Origin: Parcubacteria group bacterium
GTDB taxonomy: Bacteria; Patescibacteriota; Minisyncoccia; Phycocordibacterales; UBA2135
Direction of reading: 5' to 3'
DNA: 64,000 nucleotides
NCBI GenBank assembly: GCA_016180525.1
Contig: JACPBB010000002.1
Coordinates: forward strand, 345,980-409,979
A program made the position numbers and the translations under genes. The stretch's first letter is position 1. Each line of letters starts with the position of its first letter. The notes beneath the pieces are model-generated. The model searched no databases. It had not been told where the DNA came from and was given only the letters and a program-made list of their open reading frames with translations. Shown one piece after another: positions 56,354 to 64,000 of the stretch.

Positions 56354-57742
56354 CTATTCTTTCGCCTCCGTTTTTTCTGGTTCTTTGTGGGAGAGTGTCA
56401 TTCGCTGCTCTGTTGGCTCAAAAAGGGTAATTTTGAATGAATATTTTTTCCCAAGTTCAAGCGCGTCTTTAAGCGCTTTTTCGGTACCGAACTCTGAAAT
56501 ATGATTAAGGCCGGCAACTCCTTCTTCAATAGAGACAAGCGCTCCGTGTTTGTTATGTTTAATCACGACACCATCAACAGTGTCTCCTTTTTTGTATTTT
56601 TTACCCGCGGCCACCCACGGATTTTCTTTAAGTACTTTTATGGAGAGAGAAATTTTGTCTCCTTTTACTTCAATAACCTGCGCCTTCACTTTTTCCCCGA
56701 CTTTAAACAACATGCGCGGATTCTCAACGAGACCCCAATCCATTTCTGAAATATGCACGAGTCCTTCAAGCCCCTCTTCAACTTTCACAAAAGCACCGAA
56801 ATCAACGATACCGGTAATCTCTCCTTCCACAATATCGCCCACTTTGTATTTTTCAACGATTTCACCTTTGCCCTGCTGTTCTGGTCCTTTTTCTGAAAAA
56901 ATGAGCTTCCCTTCTTTTGGCGAGGCAGAGATAATGATGACCTGGAGATTTTTCCCCACAAGTTTTTGAAGTTCAATAAGAATTTTATCCTTATCACCGT
57001 CCAGTACGCGTGGATAATGCTCCGTTTTGAGTTGTGATGCCGGCACAAATCCGGGAATGCCTTGCCACTCTAAAATGAGTCCGCCTTTGTTTGCTTCTTT
57101 AACAGGAAGTTCTAACAATGTTTTGTTACGGATTGCTTCTTCGGCACTGTTCCAGATAAGCGCCTGGCGTGCCTCTTTGAGCGATAGTTCAACATAGCCG
57201 TCTTCGTTTTCCCGCTCCACAACCTTTGCGGTAATATTATCGCCGACATTTATTTTTTTAATAATATCGCTCGCATTTCTAAACTCCCTCCCATAAATGA
57301 TTCCCGTGCCGAACGGGCCAAGGTCAATAAACAATTTTGATTTATCAATTTCTATAACGGGACCGAGAACCAAATCTCCCTCTTCCGGGGGATTTTTAGT
57401 GTTCTCCATAATTTTAACCATTGGATGGCTGGCCATGGGCCGAGCGTTTTGTAAGGGAACATACGCCGCTCTTGATTCAGCGTTCGCAGATTCAAATTTT
57501 TTATCAGATTTTTTTGTGGAGGTGGATACGGGAGGAGAGACAACGGCCTCTTCCGCGACAAGAGATGCCTTTGAAGTTTCTTTAGGTTGCTCTATTTTTT
57601 TTCCGACGCTCGCTTCTGGCGAGATCGGGACCCCGACCCCTTTGGGCGTCGGAGCCTCTTTTACGATAATTTTTTTTGTTTCTTCTTTTCCTTCCTCTTT
57701 TTTAGACTTTTTAAGTTTAAATAATGATTTAATTAACGCCAT
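56354..57742 (-). CDS. rpsA: 30S ribosomal protein S1 (four S1 domains) with N-terminal low-complexity extension carrying an in-frame REP-like element
   Basis: repeated S1 OB-fold units (GxVxGxV...G.F...) across about 350 aa; nt 57603..57651 is a repeat copy encoding PKGVGVPISPEASVGKK. Confidence 0.75.
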   Translation of the reverse strand: MALIKSLFKLKKSKKEEGKEETKKIIVKEAPTPKGVGVPISPEASVGKKIEQPKETSKASLVAEEAVVSPPVSTSTKKSDKKFESANAESRAAYVPLQNARPMASHPMVKIMENTKNPPEEGDLVLGPVIEIDKSKLFIDLGPFGTGIIYGREFRNASDIIKKINVGDNITAKVVERENEDGYVELSLKEARQALIWNSAEEAIRNKTLLELPVKEANKGGLILEWQGIPGFVPASQLKTEHYPRVLDGDKDKILIELQKLVGKNLQVIIISASPKEGKLIFSEKGPEQQGKGEIVEKYKVGDIVEGEITGIVDFGAFVKVEEGLEGLVHISEMDWGLVENPRMLFKVGEKVKAQVIEVKGDKISLSIKVLKENPWVAAGKKYKKGDTVDGVVIKHNKHGALVSIEEGVAGLNHISEFGTEKALKDALELGKKYSFKITLFEPTEQRMTLSHKEPEKTEAKE

Positions 57743-58094
57743 ATTATAATGTAGTAAAAGACTGTTTCCTCCTTACTTGTAACTGGCAACTAGCCACTAA
57801 CTATTAACAACCAATGAAAGGTGGGGTTAGACAATCTTTTGCTGATAAAAAGCGCTTATGCGCACAATGGGTATTAGTATATCTAAAAGAAAATAAAATG
57901 CAAAAAAGAACACGGCCGTAATTGGCCGTGTATTAGTGAGCATATACAGCTTCAAAGGTTTCCCTCCACTGCACATGCAACTCCTTTCTTCTCTGTCGTG
58001 CGGATTTTTCGGTCAGTTGCGCCGAAAGTCTTACCCCCGAGGAAGACTTTTATGGCGCGGGGCGGGTGAGCGGGGGTGCCTTGCCGAGCGGTCG

Positions 58095-58277
58095 TTAGGC
58101 GGTCTTGTTGGCGCCGGCAATGCCCGCGATGTTGAGATGGGCATTGACGCCGAACGAGGTGCCGGCGGTGATGAAGCCGTTGTCGGTGTCGGTCGTGGCG
58201 ATAAAGGTCGAGTTCTTGCCGGGTGGTCGCACGGGAATCTCCCTTGCTTTGGCGAGGTTGGAACGACTCTGGCACAA
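58095..58277 (-). CDS. small ORF (60 aa) with strongly G/C-ending codons inside a G+C-rich island; hypothetical, compositionally foreign
   Basis: in this frame third codon positions are almost all G/C (gcc, acc, gac, ggc, ttc, atc...), whereas the antisense frame shows the complementary bias. Confidence 0.3.
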   Translation of the reverse strand: MCQSRSNLAKAREIPVRPPGKNSTFIATTDTDNGFITAGTSFGVNAHLNIAGIAGANKTA

Positions 58278-58380
58278 GATCTGCCAAAGGTACCCCTATT
58301 ATATACCCCTCAAAATAAAAGTCAATCTTAATAATAGAACCCCCTAGACCCTATACCTCATACCTTATATACTAATATTC

Positions 58381-58995
58381 ATGGTCATCACATATCACGG
58401 AAATCAGTTTTTCAAAATCCAGCAAGGAGACACGCTTCTTGTGTTTAATCCACCGGCAGACGTAAATCGTTTTGGCGCTACCGTTGGACTTTCAACACTT
58501 AATGATAGTGATTTTAACGGTTTAGAACATCTTTCCCACGGAGACAAACAGCCGCTTCTCATTTCAGGGCCTGGAGAATATGAAATCAAAGGAATTTTTA
58601 TACAGGGCTTTGGCGTTCCGATCACTTATAAAAAAGAAGAAAAAATAAACACGGTTTATTATTTAACCCTTGAGGGAGTGCGCATTTGTTTTCTTGGGGC
58701 GCTTTCCAAAACAACATTTTCCGAGGAAATTGAGGAGAACATCTCTGAAGTTGATTTGTTGTTTGTGCCAATCGGAGGTGGAGATGTGCTTACACCCACT
58801 GACGCGTATAAAGTGGGCCAATTTTTTGAAGCAAAAATAATTATTCCCATGCATTATGAAAAAGAGGGCGCTCCGCAGTTGAAAAAGTTTTTGGAAGAAT
58901 CTGGAGAGAAAGTTGCTCCGACTGATAAACTTGCCATACGCAAAAAAGATTTTGAAGGAAAGGAAGGAGAAGTTATAGTACTTAAACAAGTTTAA
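58381..58995 (+). CDS. metallo-beta-lactamase-fold protein (UPF0173/UlaG-like), His motif partly degenerate
   Basis: MVITYHGNQFF...LLVFNP resembles the MKITYHGHS...ILIDP start of UPF0173 MBL-fold hydrolases. Confidence 0.5.
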   Translation: MVITYHGNQFFKIQQGDTLLVFNPPADVNRFGATVGLSTLNDSDFNGLEHLSHGDKQPLLISGPGEYEIKGIFIQGFGVPITYKKEEKINTVYYLTLEGVRICFLGALSKTTFSEEIEENISEVDLLFVPIGGGDVLTPTDAYKVGQFFEAKIIIPMHYEKEGAPQLKKFLEESGEKVAPTDKLAIRKKDFEGKEGEVIVLKQV

Positions 58996-59022
58996 ATACT
59001 ATAAACTTCTAATTTTTAAACC

Positions 59023-59274
59023 GTGTTTAACGTCATCGTAAAACTGCAACGGCAGCCGCTTTATGTTCGCAAGCAAGCCGCTTTTTTTATCTCCGGCCTT
59101 ATTGTTTTTATTATTGCGGTACTATGGATTGCAACATTTGGTGAGCGTTTTGCCCCGGACAAAAAAGGAGAAAGCATAGTAACAGAGACAAAAAACGATC
59201 TAGCCCCTTTTGCGCTTTTGAAAGAACAATTCGTTGACCTGCGTTCTCTGTTTCAAAACAAGCCGGAATTTTAA
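59023..59274 (+). CDS. small single-TM protein, hypothetical
   Basis: 83-aa ORF. Confidence 0.4.
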   Translation: MFNVIVKLQRQPLYVRKQAAFFISGLIVFIIAVLWIATFGERFAPDKKGESIVTETKNDLAPFALLKEQFVDLRSLFQNKPEF

Positions 59275-59346
59275 TTTCTAAGCTGAACGCCATGGTTCCT
59301 TGCGGTGTATGTAGTTTTAATGTTTGAAAAAAATTACTTGATTTTC

Positions 59347-59390
59347 GTTAAAAGAAAAAGCCCGTGTTCGCTTGATAGCTACTAACGGGC
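59347..59390 (-). terminator. rho-independent terminator overlapping the NADAR gene stop
   Basis: minus strand gcccgt-N19-acgggc hairpin plus tttttctttt. Confidence 0.5.
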
Positions 59391-59876
59391 TTGAGTTGAG
59401 CAGTGTTTTTCACGAATCCGAGTGAGGATGTCGCAGAACACCTTCGCGGGTAAAGAGGTGTTGGGAGATTCGGGATGACCCAGGTCGTGTACGAGCGTCA
59501 TGCCCCTTGTGGCGATGAGCGCTTCCAATGCTTCTGAATTTTGTTCGAACTTTGCTCTTATGGCCTTCTCGATGAGACGATGATGCGCTTGCGATCCATA
59601 AGAGAGTACCCCACTCCTCCACCAGATGAACTTTCGTTCAGCGTTTTTTCCAAAGCGTTTTGCAGTTCTACCGACAGATTGAAACGCTTGTTCTCGGCGT
59701 GGATCATTTGTAGGGAATTTTGTTCCCTGAATGAATCCCTCGACCGAAGCAAAACGTATTCCGTCTATAACAAATGAGTCAGCAGAGAAATTAGAAAGCC
59801 GTTGCGCGCGCCAATCTTTCGACTTGCTTCCGATATTCAGAGTTAACATCACGCTTTTCCTCCTTTCAACTTTCAA
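59382..59876 (-). CDS. NADAR-domain protein (YbiA/DUF1768 family)
   Basis: FSADSFVIDGIRFASVEGFIQGTKF and LIEKAIRAKFEQNSEALEALIATRGMTLVH match NADAR conserved blocks. Confidence 0.6.
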   Translation of the reverse strand: MKVERRKSVMLTLNIGSKSKDWRAQRLSNFSADSFVIDGIRFASVEGFIQGTKFPTNDPRREQAFQSVGRTAKRFGKNAERKFIWWRSGVLSYGSQAHHRLIEKAIRAKFEQNSEALEALIATRGMTLVHDLGHPESPNTSLPAKVFCDILTRIREKHCSTQAR

Positions 59877-60106
59877 ACCTTTGAGTGCTGAACTAATCCT
59901 TGGAGTTCTCCCGACGCCATATGCACAAGCTTCATAGCACGAGATTTTTCGTAACCCTGGCTCATCAATTCTCGGACTACTTGTACCTTTGTTTTGGTAT
60001 CGCTAGGTTTACAATCCGCGTCCTGTAACATCATTACGACGAGTTGGAATTCTTCCTCGTCAACACGCAACTCTGATACATCCCACTTCAAATAGACTTC
60101 CGCCAT
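59873..60106 (-). CDS. hypothetical small acidic protein, translationally coupled to the NADAR gene
   Basis: 77-aa ORF; 4-nt start/stop overlap with 59382..59876. Confidence 0.45.
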   Translation of the reverse strand: MAEVYLKWDVSELRVDEEEFQLVVMMLQDADCKPSDTKTKVQVVRELMSQGYEKSRAMKLVHMASGELQGLVQHSKV

Positions 60107-60240
60107 GATTCATCTCCTGAAATTTAGGGGGTTTCAGATCAATTAACATTATATCAAAAAATTGTTACAATGTCAAATTTTTGAAGATGTGTATGCAAAG
60201 TTTTCCCACGATAACATCTTTTAAAATGGGGATATTTATG

Positions 60241-60320
60241 CTACGATAAGACTACGAAATAGTACTAAAACAATACGAAATTTTTCGTATTTTTTCGTTT
60301 ACTTTATATAGTTTCGTAGA
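60241..60320. promoter_or_regulatory. array of five TACGAAA/TTTCGTA half-sites (nested palindromes) in the divergent gyrA / NADAR-operon promoter region
   Basis: gactacgaaatag, caatacgaaa-ttt-ttcgtatt (perfect palindrome), ttttcgtttac, gtttcgtagaaat within 80 bp ending 7 nt before the gyrA ATG. Confidence 0.5.
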
Positions 60321-60326
60321 AATTAA

Positions 60327-62798
60327 ATGGCTAAAAAAGACGATTCAAATAAAAAAGAAGTGGCAGTTTCAACAGGACATGTAATTCCGAGAAACATTAC
60401 GACCGAAATGAAGGAGTCGTATTTGGATTATGCCATGTCCGTCATCGCGTCTCGCGCGCTTCCTGATGTTCGTGATGGTTTGAAGCCGGTGCACCGGCGA
60501 ATTCTCTACGCAATGTCGGGATTAGGACTTTCACACTCCGCACGATTTAGAAAATCAGCGGCAGTTGTTGGTGAAGTGCTCGGAAAATATCATCCACATG
60601 GAGACACATCCGTCTACGACGCGCTTGTGAAAATGGCGCAGGAATTTTCACATCGCTACCCGCTTATTTTAGGACAAGGAAACTTTGGTTCGGTTGATGG
60701 AGACTCTGCGGCGGCAATGCGTTACACGGAAGCAAAAATGTCTCGGCTCTCCGGTGAGTTGCTTCGTGATTTAGATAAAGACACGGTGGAGTGGAGACCA
60801 AACTACGACAATACAAAAAAAGAGCCGACTGTTTTGCCTGCTGTCGTACCGAATCTTTTGCTTAATGGAACACTCGGCATCGCGGTCGGTATGGCGACAA
60901 ATATTCCTCCGCACAATATCAGCGAAGTAGTTGACGCAACAATTCATTTAATTGAGAACGAAGATGCTTCAACGGAAGATCTTTTGAAATTTGTACAAGG
61001 ACCAGATTTCCCGACGGGTGGAGTCGCATTTAACGCGAAGGACATCGCGCATGCTTACGCCACAGGCAAGGGCGGGGTTATTGTTCGTGGAGAAGCAGAA
61101 ATTGTTGAAGGTAAGGGTGGAAATACTCACATTGTTATTACCTCATTGCCGTATCGCGTCAACAAAGCGGAACTTGTTATCCGCATTGCCTCTCTTGTAC
61201 GCGATAAAAAAATTGACGGAATTAGAGGGCTTCGTGATGAAACCGCGAGAGGTGAGACGCGCATTGTCGTTGATTTAAAATCCACCAGTCATCCGCAAAA
61301 AATATTAAACTATCTTTACAAACATTCAGATCTTGAAACTACGTTTCATTACAACATGCTCGCGCTTGTGGATGGAGTGCCACGAGTGCTTTCTCTTAAA
61401 ACAATTCTTAAAGAATTTATTGGTCATCGTGAAGTCGTGGTGCGGAAACGCACGGAGTTTGATTTGAAACGCGCCGAAGAGCGTGCACACATTTTAACAG
61501 GGCTTAAAAAGGCGCTTGACCACATAGACAAGATAATCAAAACAATTAAAGCCTCTGCAGATACTCCCACGGCCCATAAAAATTTGGTTAAAACATTTAA
61601 GTTTTCAGACGCGCAAGCAGCGGCGATTCTTGAAATGAAATTGCAGAAGCTCGCGGGACTTGAACGAAAAAACATTGAGCTGGAACTTAAAGAAAAAATT
61701 CAACTGATTGCGGAACTCAAAGCCCTGCTTGCAAGTCAAAAGAAAATACGCACTGTTATTAAAAATGAACTTTCAGAAATCAAAAAAGTGTATGGAGATG
61801 AGCGACGCACAAAAATAGTAAGGGGCGGAGTGAAAATGCTCTCCATGGAGGATATTATTCCTGATGAAGAGACAGTCGTTGTGCTCACCAAGGGTGGCTA
61901 CATCAAACGCACTAATCCCGCTGAATATCGGCGACAGAAGCGTGGCGGAGTCGGAGTGCAGGATTTAAATACTAAAGAAGAAGATTTTATTACGACACTG
62001 CTTACCGCCACGACTCATAACGACGTGCTCTTTTTTACGAATGCCGGAAAAGTATACCAAAGTAAAATGTATGAAATTCCTGAAGGCAAACGAGCAACGA
62101 AAGGAAAATCAATTATGAACTTTTTGCCACTTGCACAAGGCGAAGAGATAACATCAGTGCTCGCGCTTCCAAAAGTTGCCCGTGAAATTAAAGACCTGTC
62201 TTTGTGCATGGTTACCAAAAATGGAATGGTAAAGAAAGCATCCGCGCAAAGTTTCCTTGATGTGCGCAGAAGCGGGATTATTGCGCTTAAACTCAAAAAA
62301 GGAGATGCCCTTCTCTCTACAATGTTTGTGGAAAAAGGAGACACCGTTGTGCTCTCTTCAACGAAAGGACAGGCAATACGATTTAAAGAATCTGACGTGC
62401 GGGTTATGGGTCGTGCGGCAGCGGGGGTACGGGGAATGAAATTGCGCAGCGGAGACTCTGTCGTAGGAGCGGATGTTGTGCGCAGTCGTTTTAAAGAGCC
62501 GTTTTTGCTTTCAGTATCGGAAAAAGGAAATGGAAAGCGCACGCCAATAAAAGAATATAAAGTGCAAAGACGCGGAGGTTCAGGAATTAAAACTGCGAAA
62601 ATTAACCAAAAAACAGGACCGCTTATTGTCGCTAAAGTAGTAACCGAAGAAGATGAGGAAATCGTGGTTATCTCAAAGCAAAGCCAAGTAATACGGGTCG
62701 CGCTCAAAGAAATTTCATCTCTTGGAAGGCAAACGCAAGGGGTGCGCATAATGAGACTACGAGATAGAGATTCAATCGCGACCTTCATTTGCTTATAA
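60327..62798 (+). CDS. gyrA: DNA gyrase subunit A
   Basis: [28 protein letters not shown] active-site region; 823 aa with C-terminal beta-pinwheel repeats. Confidence 0.9.
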   Translation: MAKKDDSNKKEVAVSTGHVIPRNITTEMKESYLDYAMSVIASRALPDVRDGLKPVHRRILYAMSGLGLSHSARFRKSAAVVGEVLGKYHPHGDTSVYDALVKMAQEFSHRYPLILGQGNFGSVDGDSAAAMRYTEAKMSRLSGELLRDLDKDTVEWRPNYDNTKKEPTVLPAVVPNLLLNGTLGIAVGMATNIPPHNISEVVDATIHLIENEDASTEDLLKFVQGPDFPTGGVAFNAKDIAHAYATGKGGVIVRGEAEIVEGKGGNTHIVITSLPYRVNKAELVIRIASLVRDKKIDGIRGLRDETARGETRIVVDLKSTSHPQKILNYLYKHSDLETTFHYNMLALVDGVPRVLSLKTILKEFIGHREVVVRKRTEFDLKRAEERAHILTGLKKALDHIDKIIKTIKASADTPTAHKNLVKTFKFSDAQAAAILEMKLQKLAGLERKNIELELKEKIQLIAELKALLASQKKIRTVIKNELSEIKKVYGDERRTKIVRGGVKMLSMEDIIPDEETVVVLTKGGYIKRTNPAEYRRQKRGGVGVQDLNTKEEDFITTLLTATTHNDVLFFTNAGKVYQSKMYEIPEGKRATKGKSIMNFLPLAQGEEITSVLALPKVAREIKDLSLCMVTKNGMVKKASAQSFLDVRRSGIIALKLKKGDALLSTMFVEKGDTVVLSSTKGQAIRFKESDVRVMGRAAAGVRGMKLRSGDSVVGADVVRSRFKEPFLLSVSEKGNGKRTPIKEYKVQRRGGSGIKTAKINQKTGPLIVAKVVTEEDEEIVVISKQSQVIRVALKEISSLGRQTQGVRIMRLRDRDSIATFICL

Positions 62799-62874
62799 AC
62801 AACTTACAACGGGTAACTCATAATTTACAACGTAGTTGTGTTGTGAGTTGTTGGTCGTGAGTTATAATATAGAT

Positions 62875-63405
62875 ATGCAATTTAAAGATCCTGAACGAGT
62901 ATTGGATCAATTAGTTCTCGGTCATGGCCGCACGGTTGTTGATCTGGGAGCTGGAAGTGGGGCTTACACACTCTCTGCGGCACGAAGAGTCGGCGATACC
63001 GGGCGGGTGTATGCGGTAGATATCCAAAAAGAATTGTTACAACGGATACAGAATGTTGCAAAAAGAGCGCGCTTGCATAACGTTGATGTTATTTGGGCGG
63101 ATATTGAAAAAATAAACGGAAGCAGCATTAAAGAGGAGACTGCTGATGTTGTTATTGTTTCAAATATTTTATTTCAAGCGGAGGATAAAAAAGCAATTGC
63201 TCGAGAATCTTATAGAATTTTAAAAAATGGCGGAAGGGTACTTGTCGCGGATTGGTCTCTTGCCGGCGGTGTTCTCGGTCCGTCATCTGATTTTGTGTTT
63301 CCACGCGATGAAGCGAAACAATTATTTGAAAATCAGGGATTTTTGTTTGAACGGGATATTGATACGGGAGCCCACCACTACGGAATGGTGTTTCGGAAAA
63401 TTTAG
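62875..63405 (+). CDS. class I SAM-dependent methyltransferase
   Basis: [13 protein letters not shown] motif I, DVVIVSN motif; start trimmed to MQFKDPERV (ORF-track start 62836). Confidence 0.65.
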   Translation: MQFKDPERVLDQLVLGHGRTVVDLGAGSGAYTLSAARRVGDTGRVYAVDIQKELLQRIQNVAKRARLHNVDVIWADIEKINGSSIKEETADVVIVSNILFQAEDKKAIARESYRILKNGGRVLVADWSLAGGVLGPSSDFVFPRDEAKQLFENQGFLFERDIDTGAHHYGMVFRKI

Positions 63406-63634
63406 AAAAATAAGGAGTGAAACGACTATATTTTTCTTAACCCTGTTAAATAAATTTTTTAAAAAAATTTATCCTGTTATATCAATCTTCTACAAAAAGT
63501 GCTCTGTTCTGAGAATAAAAAAGTGATACAATTGATTGATGAGATATCGTGATGTAACAGGATATTTAACAGGGTGCTCAATGTTGTCGTAAAATTTACT
63601 TCGCATTGGGCTCATAAATTTTAACAACATTGGC

Positions 63635-64000
63635 ATGAGCAAACTTACTCCATTTCAAGTTATTCTTCTCGGGGTATTTGGTTTTTTTATTATTTTTGCG
63701 GTGCTTGTGTTCTCGGGAATTATTCCGCTTTTTAATAACACACCAAAGGGCGTAGGAGGCGAAGTGCTTTTGTGGGGCACGCTGCCTGCGTCATTTTTAA
63801 ATGAGCAGATTGAAGAATTAAACAGGGAAGCAAGGGGAGCATGGAGTATTTTGTATATTCAGAAAAGACCCGAGACGTTTGACGCGGAACTTGTTGAGGC
63901 ACTTGCGAGTGGCAGGGGGCCGGATGCAATTTTTCTTTCGCAAGATCTTATTTTGCGTCATCGTGACAAAGTATTTCCTATTCCGTATGAGAATCTCTCT
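63635..64000 (+). CDS. hypothetical membrane-anchored protein, 5' partial (runs off the window end)
   Basis: ATG at 63635 opens a frame without stop to 64000; N-terminal TM helix. Confidence 0.4.
   Translation, partial: MSKLTPFQVILLGVFGFFIIFAVLVFSGIIPLFNNTPKGVGGEVLLWGTLPASFLNEQIEELNREARGAWSILYIQKRPETFDAELVEALASGRGPDAIFLSQDLILRHRDKVFPIPYENLS

Noticed and set aside
57936-58331. Plus-strand 131-aa ORF and minus-strand 111-aa Arg-rich ORF in the G+C-rich island
   Set aside because: Their codon third positions do not show the G/C bias; only the 58095..58277 minus frame does. They are probably shadow frames created by the high G+C content.

Overview
This is a 64-kb AT-rich window from what looks like a small, streamlined bacterial genome. 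The compact housekeeping gene set and many short hypothetical genes are compatible with a CPR/Patescibacteria-like organism, but that placement is an inference only.

Recognisable core genes:
- Nucleotide and cofactor metabolism: class II B12-type ribonucleotide reductase (nrdJ-like), glutaredoxin-like protein, cytidine-deaminase-like protein, metK, coaD.
- Translation: lepA, efp, valS, hisS, tsaD, pth, rpsA, rpsU.
- Cell envelope and division: murJ, FtsB/DivIC-like protein, ftsZ, ftsA, lepB.
- Transport and stress: Ca2+-type P-type ATPase, mgtE, Hsp20, ybeY.
- Other: a phosphomannomutase-like plus PGI/PMI pair, proline iminopeptidase, gyrA.
- RNA genes: nine tRNAs plus one tRNA 3' fragment, and a long RNase P RNA on the minus strand (4.5-5.0 kb).

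Several non-housekeeping layers stand out:
- A complete lepA gene (9.3-11.3 kb) is bracketed by 35-bp inverted repeats, with synonymously diverged stubs of the lepA 5' and 3' ends just outside them.
- A GIY-YIG endonuclease cassette sits at the 5' edge of tRNA-Phe with a 25-bp direct duplication.
- A family of G+C-rich nested palindromic repeats (at least five copies) has landed in-frame in two unrelated coding sequences and inside the RNase P RNA.
- Four compositionally G+C-rich small ORF islands have their own promoter or terminator signals.
- A VirD4/TraG-like coupling ATPase lacking transmembrane helices sits in a two-gene operon.
- A NADAR-domain gene pairs with a small gene behind a TACGAAA repeat array shared with gyrA.
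- Three further runs of consecutive uncharacterised genes occur.
- Several repeated intergenic motifs occur (a TAGGGTATAGGG motif, paired CACCTAT/ATAGGTG inverted-repeat elements, a 40-nt conserved intergenic element, and a 73-bp duplicated gene end plus terminator).

No CRISPR array, rRNA or canonical transposase was seen. All calls rest on reading the sequence and on remembered family motifs; no database searches were possible.
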